Below are positions 1 to 9,383 of a DNA stretch of 32,000 nucleotides, piece by piece. The position numbers and the translations under genes were made by a program. The notes below the pieces were generated by a model. It worked only from the letters and a program-made list of their open reading frames with translations. It ran no database searches and was not told where the DNA came from. The first letter of the stretch is position 1. Every line of letters starts with the position of its first letter. The stretch comes from Telmatocola sphagniphila (GTDB lineage Bacteria > Planctomycetota > Planctomycetia > Gemmatales > Gemmataceae), in assembly GCF_018398935.1 (NCBI RefSeq), contig NZ_CP074694.1, forward strand, positions 3,600,001 through 3,632,000. The letters run 5' to 3'.

Positions 1-1
1 G

Positions 2-595
2 AAGGACCTCGGTCCATTACTTTGGATCGCGCGCGGCGGTTTGTTGGCAATCTTCGTAATTCACATATTGCTGACGCTTCGGCTTCGAGCCCGGGCCAAA
101 GCTGCTCGCCCGGTGAATTATTTGTATGTTCAGACGGTTCAGGCGAGCCCGGCGTCCCGCTTCATGATGTACGCCGGCCTGGCTATCCTCGCTTTCGTGA
201 TTTTCCACATCGCTCACTTCACGCTGGGCTACCTTGTCGGTGCTCAGGCCCTGGATCGCAGCACCGGCAAATACGTTCTGGCGAATTACCTGGACCTGCG
301 AGACGCCGCAGGACGGCACGACGTTTACTCCGCTATGATTTCCGGGCTTTCCAATCCGATCCTGGCGATTATTTATTTGGCCGCCATGGGCATGCTGTTC
401 ATGCACCTGACGCACGGTTCCTTCAGCCTGTTCCAAACCTTGGGGCTGAATACGCCTCGAACCGATCGCTTTTTAAAGATCGCCGCTCGGCTGTTAGCGA
501 TCGTGGTGACTCTCGGTTATTCCCTGGTGGTAATCGCGGTCTGGTCGGGCTGGTTGAAACCGGCTGCGACTTTCCTTGCCGTTAGCAACGACTAA
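2..595 (+). CDS. sdhC: succinate dehydrogenase cytochrome b subunit (b558-type), 5'-truncated by window edge
   Basis: The frame is open from nt 2 with no upstream stop, and the track start at 41 is a TTG. The protein is hydrophobic and multi-helical with His-containing helices (FVIFHIAHF, FMHLTHG). It lies directly upstream of sdhA-sdhB, the sdhCAB order of B. subtilis-type enzymes. Confidence 0.75.
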   Translation, partial: KDLGPLLWIARGGLLAIFVIHILLTLRLRARAKAARPVNYLYVQTVQASPASRFMMYAGLAILAFVIFHIAHFTLGYLVGAQALDRSTGKYVLANYLDLRDAAGRHDVYSAMISGLSNPILAIIYLAAMGMLFMHLTHGSFSLFQTLGLNTPRTDRFLKIAARLLAIVVTLGYSLVVIAVWSGWLKPAATFLAVSND

Positions 596-640
596 TAACC
601 CAACCGAACACAAAGAAGCCCTCAGCTTCCAGAGATTATT

Positions 641-2560
641 ATGATTCAACTCGAATCCCATATACCATCGGGTCCATTGGCCGGAAAGTGGACCAAGTAC
701 AAGGCCGACCAGAAGTTGGTGAACCCCGCCAACAAACGGAAATACTCCGTGATCGTCGTCGGCACCGGTTTGGCGGGCGGGGCGGCGGCGGCAACCTTGG
801 CCGAACTTGGCTACAACGTCGATTCTTTCTGCTACCAGGACAGCCCCCGTCGGGCACATAGCATTGCCGCTCAAGGCGGCATCAACGCAGCCAAGAACTA
901 TCAGAACGACGGCGACAGCATTTATCGGCTCTTCTACGACACGATCAAAGGGGGCGATTACCGCGCTCGCGAAGCTAATGTGCATCGCCTGGCCGAAGTG
1001 TCGGTGAACATCATCGATCAATGCGTGGCTCAGGGCGTACCTTTCGCACGCGAATACGGCGGCCTACTCGCTAACCGTTCCTTCGGGGGAGCCCAGGTCT
1101 CACGAACCTTCTACTGCCGGGGACAGACCGGCCAGCAACTGCTCCTGGGGGCTTATCAGGCTCTTTCGCGCCAGATTTACAACGGCAAAGTCAAGATGCA
1201 TCCTCGCACGGAGTTTCTCGATCTGGTCGTGATCGACGGCCGGGCTCGCGGAATTGTCGTTCGCGATATGACGACCGGCAAGATTGAAAGCTATAGCGCT
1301 GATGCCGTGCTGCTGGCCACTGGTGGTTATTGCAACACCTACTTCCTGTCGACAAACGCCGCTGGTTGCAACGTTTCCGCCACCTACCGGGCCTACAAAC
1401 GCGGGGCGACCTTTGCCAACCCGTGCTACACACAAATTCACCCGACTTGTATTCCCGTTTCGGGAGAACATCAGTCGAAATTGACTTTGATGAGCGAATC
1501 GCTCCGAAACGATGGACGCGTCTGGGTGCCAAAGAACGCCAGTGACATTGGTAAACACCCCAATTCCATTTCCGAAAGCGACCGGGATTATTACCTGGAA
1601 CGGATTTACCCGAGCTACGGGAACCTTGCCCCGCGCGACATTGCCAGTCGGCAATCCAAGAAAGCTTGCGACGATGGCCGGGGGGTTGGGCCAGGCGGCC
1701 GTGGAGTTTATCTTGATTTCGCAGCCGCCATCAAGCGGGATGGGCTCAGCAAGATTCAGGAAAAATATGGCAACTTGTTCGACATGTACGAACGGATTAC
1801 CGGCGAAAGCGGTTACAAACAGCCGATGCGGATTTATCCCGCCCTGCACTACACCATGGGTGGTCTCTGGGTCGATTACAACCTGATGTCGAACTTGCCC
1901 GGCCTGTTCGTACTGGGAGAAGCCAATTTCTCGGATCACGGGGCCAATCGACTTGGAGCTTCGGCGCTGATGCAAGGCCTGGCCGATGGCTACTTCATCA
2001 TCCCTTACACACTGAGCAATTATTTTGCCGGTGTGAAGCCCGAGAAACTCTCGACCGACCATGCCGAGTTCAAACGCTGTGAAGAAGAACAGAAGCAAAA
2101 AATTCAAAAAATGCTCTCGATCAAAGGCAAGAAGACGGCCATCGACATTCATCGCGAACTCGGCCACATCATGTGGGACAACGTGGGTATGGCCCGCACC
2201 AAGGAATCGCTCAACCGGGCCATCGACAAGATTCGCAATCTCCGGGAAGAATTCTGGAGCAGCGTAAATGTACCGGGCACCAACGATGACCTGAATCAGG
2301 CTTTGGAACGGGCCGGCCGCGTCGCCGACTTCCTCGAATTCGGAGAATTGCTCGCCAAGGATGCCCTGACCCGCGAAGAATCCTGCGGCGGGCACTTCCG
2401 CGAAGAATACCAGGATAGTGAAGGCGAAGCGAAACGAGACGATGAGCATTTCTGCCATGTCGCCGCCTGGGAATACGCCGGCCCCGATAAGGAACCGGTT
2501 CGCAATGTCGAGCCGTTGAACTGGGAAGTCGCTCATCCCTCCAAACGAAGTTACAAATAA
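641..2560 (+). CDS. sdhA: succinate dehydrogenase / fumarate reductase flavoprotein subunit
   Basis: 639-aa ORF with an N-terminal dinucleotide-binding motif ([12 protein letters not shown]), the HSIAAQGG covalent-FAD His region and a C-terminal [11 protein letters not shown] motif. It sits between sdhC and sdhB. Confidence 0.95.
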   Translation: MIQLESHIPSGPLAGKWTKYKADQKLVNPANKRKYSVIVVGTGLAGGAAAATLAELGYNVDSFCYQDSPRRAHSIAAQGGINAAKNYQNDGDSIYRLFYDTIKGGDYRAREANVHRLAEVSVNIIDQCVAQGVPFAREYGGLLANRSFGGAQVSRTFYCRGQTGQQLLLGAYQALSRQIYNGKVKMHPRTEFLDLVVIDGRARGIVVRDMTTGKIESYSADAVLLATGGYCNTYFLSTNAAGCNVSATYRAYKRGATFANPCYTQIHPTCIPVSGEHQSKLTLMSESLRNDGRVWVPKNASDIGKHPNSISESDRDYYLERIYPSYGNLAPRDIASRQSKKACDDGRGVGPGGRGVYLDFAAAIKRDGLSKIQEKYGNLFDMYERITGESGYKQPMRIYPALHYTMGGLWVDYNLMSNLPGLFVLGEANFSDHGANRLGASALMQGLADGYFIIPYTLSNYFAGVKPEKLSTDHAEFKRCEEEQKQKIQKMLSIKGKKTAIDIHRELGHIMWDNVGMARTKESLNRAIDKIRNLREEFWSSVNVPGTNDDLNQALERAGRVADFLEFGELLAKDALTREESCGGHFREEYQDSEGEAKRDDEHFCHVAAWEYAGPDKEPVRNVEPLNWEVAHPSKRSYK

Positions 2561-2580
2561 ACCACTCTCGGAAATCCGAT

Positions 2581-3363
2581 ATGAATCTGACTTTACACGT
2601 TTGGCGACAGAAGGATGCCAAGAGTTCCGGAAAGCTGGAGACCTATCCCGCCCGGAACATCAGCGGCGATATGTCCTTCCTGGAAATGCTCGATGTCGTC
2701 AACGAAGATCTCATCAAGCAGAACAAAGATCCGATCCACTTCGACCACGACTGCCGGGAAGGCATCTGCGGATCGTGCTCGATGATGATCAACGGCATGG
2801 CGCATGGACCGGAGCGGGCCACGACCGCCTGCCAGTTGCACATGCGAAAGTTCCACGATGGCGAGCACATCCACATCGAACCCTGGCGAGCCAAGGCGTT
2901 CCCGGTCCTGCGTGACCTGATTGTGGACCGCTCCGCCTTCGATCGCATCATCCAGGCCGGAGGTTACGTATCGGTGAACACCGGTGGTACACCGGATGGT
3001 AACGCCATCCCGGTACCAAAAGAAAACGCCGATACGGCCATGGATGCCGCGACTTGCATTGGTTGCGGGGCGTGTGCCGCAGCCTGCAAGAATGCATCGG
3101 CCATGCTTTTCGTGGCGGCCAAGGTTACGCATCTGTCTGTCTTGCCCCAGGGCTCGGCCGAACGCCGCGAACGGGCATTGAGAATGATCCAGCAGCACGA
3201 TGCCGAAGGTTTCGGACACTGTACCAATCAGTACGAGTGCGAGGCTGCCTGTCCCAAGGAAATTGGCGTGAAATTCATCGCCAAGCTGAACCGGGAATAT
3301 ATCCGGGCCGGGGCTTCGTCCTTGGTTCGCCGCGAATCGGGCGCGGGTGATAACGCTGGCTAA
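2581..3363 (+). CDS. sdhB: succinate dehydrogenase iron-sulfur subunit
   Basis: 260 aa with three Cys clusters: [15 protein letters not shown] (2Fe-2S), [11 protein letters not shown] (4Fe-4S) and [12 protein letters not shown] (3Fe-4S). Confidence 0.93.
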   Translation: MNLTLHVWRQKDAKSSGKLETYPARNISGDMSFLEMLDVVNEDLIKQNKDPIHFDHDCREGICGSCSMMINGMAHGPERATTACQLHMRKFHDGEHIHIEPWRAKAFPVLRDLIVDRSAFDRIIQAGGYVSVNTGGTPDGNAIPVPKENADTAMDAATCIGCGACAAACKNASAMLFVAAKVTHLSVLPQGSAERRERALRMIQQHDAEGFGHCTNQYECEAACPKEIGVKFIAKLNREYIRAGASSLVRRESGAGDNAG

Positions 3364-3392
3364 ATCGTAATACTCTCCCAGTTTTTAATCGC

Positions 3393-3419
3393 CGTACCTG
3401 CTATCATTTCTCAGGTACG
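3393..3419 (+). terminator. stem-loop after sdhB (CGTACCTG-N11-CAGGTACG) followed by a T-rich tract
   Basis: Perfect 8-bp inverted repeat starting 30 nt after the sdhB stop, followed by ttctttcc. Confidence 0.45.
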
Positions 3420-3451
3420 TTCTTTCCAACTTATCCCAAAGGACTCTATCG

Positions 3452-4978
3452 ATGCGCTCGTTCCTTCTTCTGCTATTTCTCGCGATGTTCGTACCGGGAT
3501 CGGCCGTCTGGACTCAGGAACCGGCGAAAAAAGAGGACGCTCCGGCGAAAAAGGAGACGCCCGGCAAAGACAAAGAAGGAGCAGTTAAGACTCGTCATAC
3601 CGTAGCACTGCCCGGTGGGAAACAACTGGACTACGAAGCCATTGCTGGCCTGATGACCCTGAAAGATGACGATGGGAAGCCGCGAGCCGATATCTCTTTT
3701 ACCTACTACCGCCTGCTCGGAGATTCCGCCTCGAAACGGCCGATCACTTTCACATTCAACGGCGGCCCTGGTTCCTCTTCCGTCTGGCTGCATATGGGAG
3801 CCTTCGGCCCGAAGAAAGTGGCCATGAACGATGCCGGCGAACCGCTGCCGCCGCCGTATAAACTTGTCGAAAACGAATTCACTTTGCTGGATCTGACCGA
3901 TCTGGTTTTCATCGACCCTGTGGGCACGGGCTACAGCCGCCCGGCTACCGGTCAAACCACGAAAGCCTTTACCGGAGTCACCGAGGATATCTCTTCGGTC
4001 GGAGATTTCATCTATCAGTTCACGAACAAGTACGAGCGCTGGTCATCCGCGAAATTTCTCGCGGGAGAGAGCTACGGCACCACGCGAGCTTCGGGACTGT
4101 CGGGTTACCTTCAGGATACCCACGGTATGAATCTGAATGGCATCATGCTCATCTCGGCCATTTTGAACTTTCAGACGGCCCGCTTCGATGAAGGGAACGA
4201 TCTGCCCTACATTCTTTTCCTGCCGACCTACACGGCCACGGCCTGGTATCACAAAAAATTGAATCCGGAACTGCAGAAAGATCTGGAGAAAACTCTCGCG
4301 GAAGTGGAGAAGTTCGCGGAAAATGAGTACACTCTGGCTCTGATGAAAGGGGCCAAGCTTTCGGAGGAAGATCGGCAGAAGATTGCCCAGAAACTCGGCG
4401 ATTATACGGGGCTCTCGAAATCGTTCCTCATTCGTGCCAATCTTCGAGTCGACCAGCCGCGCTTCTGCAAAGAATTACTCCGTTCGGATCGCCTGAACGT
4501 AGGCCGCTACGACAGTCGCTTGAAAGGTATCGATAAAGACGCCGCTGGAGAACGTCCCGATTACGATCCCAGTTACGCATCCGTTCAAGGCACTTACACC
4601 GCGATGTTCAACGATTACATGCGAAATCAACTCAACTACAAGAGCGAGCTGAAGTACGAAATTCTCACCGGGAAAGTACAGCCCTGGGAATATGGACCGG
4701 CCCGCAACCGCTATCTGAACGTGGCTCCCACCCTTCGGGCGGCGATGACTGCGAACAAGAATTTGAAGTTATTTGTCGCCAGCGGCCATTACGATCTGGC
4801 GACGCCCTATTTCGCGACGAATTACACTTTGGATCACCTCGGTCTGGAGCCGGAAGTCCGCAAGAACATTCGCGTCAGTTACTATGAAGCCGGCCACATG
4901 ATGTACGCTCACAAGGCTTCGCACGAGAAGCTTCGCAAGGACATTGAGCAGTTCTACAAGGATGCACTGACGAAGTGA
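3452..4978 (+). CDS. secreted serine carboxypeptidase, peptidase S10 family
   Basis: N-terminal signal peptide (MRSFLLLLFLAMFVPGSAVW). Carries FNGGPGSSS, the GESYGT nucleophile motif and a C-terminal EAGHMMY catalytic-His region. Confidence 0.85.
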   Translation: MRSFLLLLFLAMFVPGSAVWTQEPAKKEDAPAKKETPGKDKEGAVKTRHTVALPGGKQLDYEAIAGLMTLKDDDGKPRADISFTYYRLLGDSASKRPITFTFNGGPGSSSVWLHMGAFGPKKVAMNDAGEPLPPPYKLVENEFTLLDLTDLVFIDPVGTGYSRPATGQTTKAFTGVTEDISSVGDFIYQFTNKYERWSSAKFLAGESYGTTRASGLSGYLQDTHGMNLNGIMLISAILNFQTARFDEGNDLPYILFLPTYTATAWYHKKLNPELQKDLEKTLAEVEKFAENEYTLALMKGAKLSEEDRQKIAQKLGDYTGLSKSFLIRANLRVDQPRFCKELLRSDRLNVGRYDSRLKGIDKDAAGERPDYDPSYASVQGTYTAMFNDYMRNQLNYKSELKYEILTGKVQPWEYGPARNRYLNVAPTLRAAMTANKNLKLFVASGHYDLATPYFATNYTLDHLGLEPEVRKNIRVSYYEAGHMMYAHKASHEKLRKDIEQFYKDALTK

Positions 4979-5026
4979 GTTAGCCAAGGATTGCTTGAAT
5001 CCCTACCGAATCATCGAAAAAACATA

Positions 5027-5052
5027 GAGGAGAGCTTTCGATCGCTCTCCTC
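5027..5052 (+). terminator. stem-loop after the S10 peptidase gene (GAGGAGAGC-N8-GCTCTCCTC)
   Basis: Perfect 9-bp inverted repeat 49 nt after the stop codon, followed by cttcttga, which is a weak U-tract. Confidence 0.5.
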
Positions 5053-5245
5053 CTTCTTGACCGAATTACATGAAGCGGACAATTTGAGGAATTGTCCATC
5101 TCACCACTTTGCATTCCGTCAGCGTCAGCATTCGGGCGAGTGATCAACTCCGTCACGTATGCCTCATCACTTCACTCAAATTTAAATCGGACTAATTTCG
5201 ATCTGTATTTCCTCAATAAGACTTTGAGAATCGCACGGCCCAAAC

Positions 5246-6277
5246 ATGTCCCTCGGACGCCAATCCAGATATAATTTCTACTCCCACCCCCAGCAGGAGT
5301 TTCACTTGCCTATAGACTGGTCGCGCTTTGTAGATTTCGTTCATAGCCATCAACGATTTCTGATCATGACGCACGTTCGGCCCGATGGAGATGCCCTCGG
5401 CTGCGAACTGGCGCTCGCCAATGCTTTACAGCGATTGGGCAAGGAGACGCGGGTGGTCATTGCCAGCGTCATGCCGCCGCGCTACAATTTCCTCGATCCC
5501 GAGCGAAAAACAATCCTCCGGTTTAACCCGGCCGATCCTACGAATGGAAACTATGACGCTATCGTGATTGTCGATACAGGGGCCTGGACGCAACTGGGCG
5601 ACTTCGGCGACTGGATGAAAACTGCGAAGGCCGACAAAGCGGTGATCGACCACCACGTTACTCAGGATGATTTGGGTGCGGTTCTCTTTCAGGACATCTC
5701 TGCTGAAGCTTGCGGCCGTCTGATTCACGAAGCCATGCTGGCTTTGAAGGTTCCGCATACCAAAGCGAGCGCCGAGTACCTCTTCATGGCTCTGGCGATG
5801 GACACCGGGTGGTTTCACCACGAACGCACGCTACAACGCACGTTTGAGCTGGCAGGCGAACTGACAAAGTCGGGTGCGAACCCGAAAGAGTTGTACGAAA
5901 TTCTGTATGAACAAAACTCACCGGCCCGACTGAAACTCATGGGACGTGTTCTGGAACGGTTGGTCATCCGCGACAAGATCGCTTACAGCCATGTGTTGCG
6001 AACTGACTACGAGGAACTTGGGGCGGTGCCGGGCGACACCGAAGACATGATCGATCTGCCCCGCAGTCTGGCCGGGGTGGAAGTCTCGCTGATGTTCATG
6101 GAACAACCCGCCGGAGGCATCAAAATCAGTTTCCGCTCGCGTGGCAAATATGATGTTTCCAAAGTGGCCGTGAAATTCCATGGCGGCGGCCATGCTTTGG
6201 CCTGCGGTGGCAGTTCGCAAGACCCGTTGGATGTGACGATTCCCAAAGTCGTTGCGGCGGTTCAGGAAATTCTTTAA
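5246..6277 (+). CDS. DHH/DHHA1 family phosphoesterase (NrnA-like oligoribonuclease / pAp phosphatase)
   Basis: Motifs HVRPDGDALG, VIVDTG, VIDHHV (DHH) and GGGHALACGG (DHHA1). The start is uncertain: an in-frame TTG at 5306 is preceded by AGGAG at 5295-5299. Confidence 0.85.
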   Translation: MSLGRQSRYNFYSHPQQEFHLPIDWSRFVDFVHSHQRFLIMTHVRPDGDALGCELALANALQRLGKETRVVIASVMPPRYNFLDPERKTILRFNPADPTNGNYDAIVIVDTGAWTQLGDFGDWMKTAKADKAVIDHHVTQDDLGAVLFQDISAEACGRLIHEAMLALKVPHTKASAEYLFMALAMDTGWFHHERTLQRTFELAGELTKSGANPKELYEILYEQNSPARLKLMGRVLERLVIRDKIAYSHVLRTDYEELGAVPGDTEDMIDLPRSLAGVEVSLMFMEQPAGGIKISFRSRGKYDVSKVAVKFHGGGHALACGGSSQDPLDVTIPKVVAAVQEIL

Positions 6278-6289
6278 GGAGGCGTTTCT

Positions 6290-7447
6290 ATGCACACTCA
6301 TCATCGCTTGAAGCTCCGGGAACTGCCCCTGCCAGCTCGTCTGGTCCTGTCGGTTTTTCTCATCGCGGTAGGATTGGGTTATCTCTCGGCGATGGTGCAG
6401 TTGCACTTCAAGGAAGCCTCCCCCGGGGAGCCAATGCCAACATTTGCCGATGTCGTTGCGCATTATGCCGGATCGGAATGGCCACCCGTTGTCAAGGCAG
6501 GTGGAGATGATCCGGCCCCGGCCGTACCAGCCGAAAAGCCGGCCGCGGTCCCCGACAATGCCAAGAAAGTCGCCGGTTTCAAAGTAAAGACGCTGATTCA
6601 AGATCGCTGCGTTGTGTGCCATAGCGCCGATGGCGGCCAGGAACCTTACTTTTCCGATTTCGAGAAATTATCGAAATCGATTGGCACTCCGGCAGACACT
6701 GGAAAAATTCACAAAATGATCACCGCCCCTCCAGAGGTGAAGTGGGGCAAGCAAAGCATGCTGCGGGCCTTCTTCGATAAATCCGAGGAATGGAAAGACA
6801 AAATCAAAGAACGGCCCGAAACGGAAATCCGGGCCGAACGCGAAACGGAACGGTTAGCTCTTGTTAGCTGGCTGGAAGCGGGGGCTCCGGAAGCCTCGTA
6901 CAACCAGGATGCGTTCGCTCTGCCCGTATCGCTGCGCGATAAGCCGCTGACCAAGGAATTCAAGACCGAAGCTCCGGAAATCAAAATCGAAGTGAAGGCT
7001 CCGGTGGTGGCTAAAAAACGCTCCGCCAAGAGTCGTCAGGTCAGTGTGGAAGGGCTCACGCAATCGACCCACGCTCACCTGTTGACCTTCGCGCTCCTTT
7101 GGGCTGCCACGGGGTTAATTTTCGCCTTTACCAGTTATCCCTACTGGATTCGCTTGTTCCTCGCTCCCATGGTGCTGTTCTTCCAGGTGGTCGATATCAG
7201 TTTCTGGTGGCTGGCCCGACTTGATGCGGTTGGTCCTTACTTTGCAGCGGGTATTTTCATCACGGGTGGGGTAGTTGGCCTGGGCTTGATTCTGCAGATT
7301 CTGGGAAGCCTGCTGGATATGTACTCCGCGAAGGGCAAAGGATTGATCTTCGTGCTGCTTCTCGGTGGAGGCACGTTAATTGGCGCCGGCTACATGACAG
7401 TTGTAAACCCGCAACTCAACGCCGAGAAAAAAGAGGTTCTCAAGTAA
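6290..7447 (+). CDS. polytopic membrane protein with a single CXXCH heme-c motif (function unknown)
   Basis: 385-aa ORF starting 12 nt after the upstream gene. It has one N-terminal TM (LVLSVFLIAVGLGYLSAMVQLHF), a soluble region of about 240 aa with CVVCH at nt 6608-6622 and a charged KE-rich stretch, then about 4 C-terminal TM helices beginning THAHLLTFALLW. Confidence 0.7.
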   Translation: MHTHHRLKLRELPLPARLVLSVFLIAVGLGYLSAMVQLHFKEASPGEPMPTFADVVAHYAGSEWPPVVKAGGDDPAPAVPAEKPAAVPDNAKKVAGFKVKTLIQDRCVVCHSADGGQEPYFSDFEKLSKSIGTPADTGKIHKMITAPPEVKWGKQSMLRAFFDKSEEWKDKIKERPETEIRAERETERLALVSWLEAGAPEASYNQDAFALPVSLRDKPLTKEFKTEAPEIKIEVKAPVVAKKRSAKSRQVSVEGLTQSTHAHLLTFALLWAATGLIFAFTSYPYWIRLFLAPMVLFFQVVDISFWWLARLDAVGPYFAAGIFITGGVVGLGLILQILGSLLDMYSAKGKGLIFVLLLGGGTLIGAGYMTVVNPQLNAEKKEVLK

Positions 7448-7450
7448 GCG

Positions 7451-7819
7451 ATGTTCGACACACTCTATATGATTGAGCGAGGTGTCGGAGATTTCGCGAA
7501 GTCCCTGGATTGGTACGCTCGATTTATCGGGCGCAAACCCAGCTTCATGGATGCGCCCAATTTCTATGCCCATTTCGAGCTGAATCAGATCCGGCTGGCA
7601 ATTAAAGGAGTGATTTCGCCCCGTTCAAACGATCTCCTCCATTTCCAAGTCCCGGATTTGCTCGCCGAAGAGCGGCGCCTACACAAAATCGGCATCCTGC
7701 CGACATCGCCCTGGAAGGAAAGCGACGAAGGATACCGCCGTTTGATCTACTGCGATCCCGATGGCCAGCCGATCTGCGTCTTCGACTGGATTGTCCGTTC
7801 ACCCGGTTGGGATATATAA
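7451..7819 (+). CDS. VOC (glyoxalase/bleomycin-resistance/dioxygenase) family protein
   Basis: 122 aa with the VOC pattern: VGDFAKSLDWYARFIG at the N-terminus, then LHFQVPDL ... YCDPDGQPICVF. The start lies 3 nt after the upstream stop. Confidence 0.65.
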   Translation: MFDTLYMIERGVGDFAKSLDWYARFIGRKPSFMDAPNFYAHFELNQIRLAIKGVISPRSNDLLHFQVPDLLAEERRLHKIGILPTSPWKESDEGYRRLIYCDPDGQPICVFDWIVRSPGWDI

Positions 7820-7909
7820 CCGCTTAAAATGCTTGGGCGAGTTCGCTTCCACCCCCTATATTGTTGAAAACGAAACTACTCTACCTCTCTAAAGACTCGG
7901 AGAAGATTT

Positions 7910-8404
7910 ATGTCTATGTTTATCGGTGAAGGTCTCGTCGGCGAAGGTAATGAAATTGCTCACATTGATCTTTTGATCGGCGACAAGGCAGGTCCTGTCG
8001 GCGTGGCGTTCGCCAACGCTCTGGCCAACCAATCGCACGGGCATTCCAATCTGCTGGCGGTTATCACCCCGAATCTGATCTGCAAGCCCGCCACGGTCAT
8101 GATCACCAAGGTGACCATCAAGGGAGCTACCCAGGCCGTCCAGATGTTCGGCCCGGCCCAGGAAGCCGTCGCTCGCGCTGTGGTCGATAGCGTGGTCGAA
8201 GGCGTTATTCCCAAGGATAAGGCCGACGAATACGTCATCGTTTGTGGCGTGTTCATCCACTGGGAAGCCAAAGACGACGCCAAGATCTACAAGTACAATT
8301 ACGAAGCCACGAAGTTGGCCATCAAGAACGCCATGACCGGCGCTCCGAAGATCGACGAAATCATCGCCAAGAAAGAACAGCGCCATCCTTTCGGCGCCAA
8401 GTAA
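7910..8404 (+). CDS. fae: formaldehyde-activating enzyme (5,6,7,8-tetrahydromethanopterin hydro-lyase)
   Basis: 164 aa that aligns by eye along its whole length with methylotroph Fae ([66 protein letters not shown]). GGAG lies upstream of the ATG. Confidence 0.93.
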   Translation: MSMFIGEGLVGEGNEIAHIDLLIGDKAGPVGVAFANALANQSHGHSNLLAVITPNLICKPATVMITKVTIKGATQAVQMFGPAQEAVARAVVDSVVEGVIPKDKADEYVIVCGVFIHWEAKDDAKIYKYNYEATKLAIKNAMTGAPKIDEIIAKKEQRHPFGAK

Positions 8405-8422
8405 TTCGAGAAGAATCACACA

Positions 8423-8449
8423 ACGGATGGGAAGTCTTTTCCCATCCGT
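8423..8449 (+). terminator. intercistronic stem-loop between fae and mtdC (ACGGATGGGAA-N5-TTCCCATCCGT)
   Basis: Perfect 11-bp inverted repeat 19 nt after the fae stop and 58 nt before the mtdC ATG. It is followed by atccatttgcc, which is only partly T-rich, so it is probably a partial terminator or an mRNA-stabilising hairpin. Confidence 0.45.
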
Positions 8450-8506
8450 ATCCATTTGCCTGTCGAATTCTCCCCAATCTCTCCCACTCCTTTGCGGTTT
8501 CTCATC

Positions 8507-9376
8507 ATGGAAAAAACCAAAATTCTGGTGCAATTGGACACGGATCCTTATTCCTCCGTATTTGACCGGGTCGTGGCCGTCGATGCCGGTGCGCAGCAGA
8601 TTTTCAGCTACGGTTCGGTGACCCCAGAACGAGTACAACCTCTGGTCCACGGCTGCATTTTCACGCGCGGGCCAAAGGATCTGAAAAATACAGCCATTTT
8701 CATTGGCGGCTCGGATGTTTCGGCCGGGGAAAAAGTTCTCGATGAAGTGAAACGGCACCTCATACCGGATTACGGTCTGAGAGTCTCCCTCATGCTCGAC
8801 TCCAATGGGGCGAACACCACGGCTGCCGCCGCGGTTCGGGCCGCTTCGAAGCATCTCGATCTGGGACAGGCCAAGGCTCTGGTTCTGGGTGGCACCGGTC
8901 CGGTGGGATTGCGCGTGGCACGGCTATTGGCGAATGCCGGGGCCCATGTTCGTATTGGCTCCCGCTCTTTAGAGCGTGCCGAATCGGCCTGCCGGGCAAT
9001 TCGGGTCATCAATCATTCCGCCAAAGTGGAAGCCATATCGGTTGCCAATTCCAGCGACGGCCCGACGGCCCTTAAAGGCCGAGATCTGGTGATTGCCGCC
9101 GGGGCGGCCGGGGCAGTTCTGTTGCCGAAACGCCTTCGACAGAGTTGCGAGACGCTTCGAGTGTTGATCGATTTGAACGCGGTTCCTCCCGCCGGGATCG
9201 AAGGGATTGAAGTGACCGATAAAGGGGTTGTCCGCGAGAATGCCGTTTGCTTCGGAGCGATCGGCGTGGGCGATACCAAAATGAAGATTCACAAGGCGGC
9301 TTTATTCCAGCTCTTCGAATCGAACGATCAGGTGCTCGATGCGGAAGAAATCTACGAAATCGCCAAGCGATTCTAA
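8507..9376 (+). CDS. mtdC: NAD(P)-dependent methylene-tetrahydromethanopterin dehydrogenase (MtdA/MtdB/MtdC family)
   Basis: Aligns by eye with MtdA (LVQLDTD.Y.SVFD.VV..DAGA, FIGG.D...GE.V, MLDSNGANTTAAAAV, GGTGPVG.R.A.LLA, GAIG.G..K.K.H.A...LFES...V.DAEEIYE.AK). I chose the ATG at 8507 (MEKTKILVQLDTD) over the track start at 8456. The symbol follows the planctomycete-clade name and is tentative. Confidence 0.9.
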   Translation: MEKTKILVQLDTDPYSSVFDRVVAVDAGAQQIFSYGSVTPERVQPLVHGCIFTRGPKDLKNTAIFIGGSDVSAGEKVLDEVKRHLIPDYGLRVSLMLDSNGANTTAAAAVRAASKHLDLGQAKALVLGGTGPVGLRVARLLANAGAHVRIGSRSLERAESACRAIRVINHSAKVEAISVANSSDGPTALKGRDLVIAAGAAGAVLLPKRLRQSCETLRVLIDLNAVPPAGIEGIEVTDKGVVRENAVCFGAIGVGDTKMKIHKAALFQLFESNDQVLDAEEIYEIAKRF

Positions 9377-9383
9377 GTGTCTA

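Noticed and set aside
1100-2536. 478-aa minus-strand ORF inside sdhA
   Set aside because: It is antisense to the clearly conserved SdhA frame and has no recognisable domains.
5092-5274. 60-aa ORF (TTG start) in the spacer before the DHH gene
   Set aside because: It has no RBS-like sequence and an odd composition, it overlaps the likely promoter region and the downstream gene start, and nothing suggests it is coding.
7889-8854. 321-aa minus-strand ORF overlapping fae and mtdC
   Set aside because: It is antisense to two genes with near full-length similarity to characterised enzymes, and it crosses their intergenic hairpin. This is a shadow ORF.
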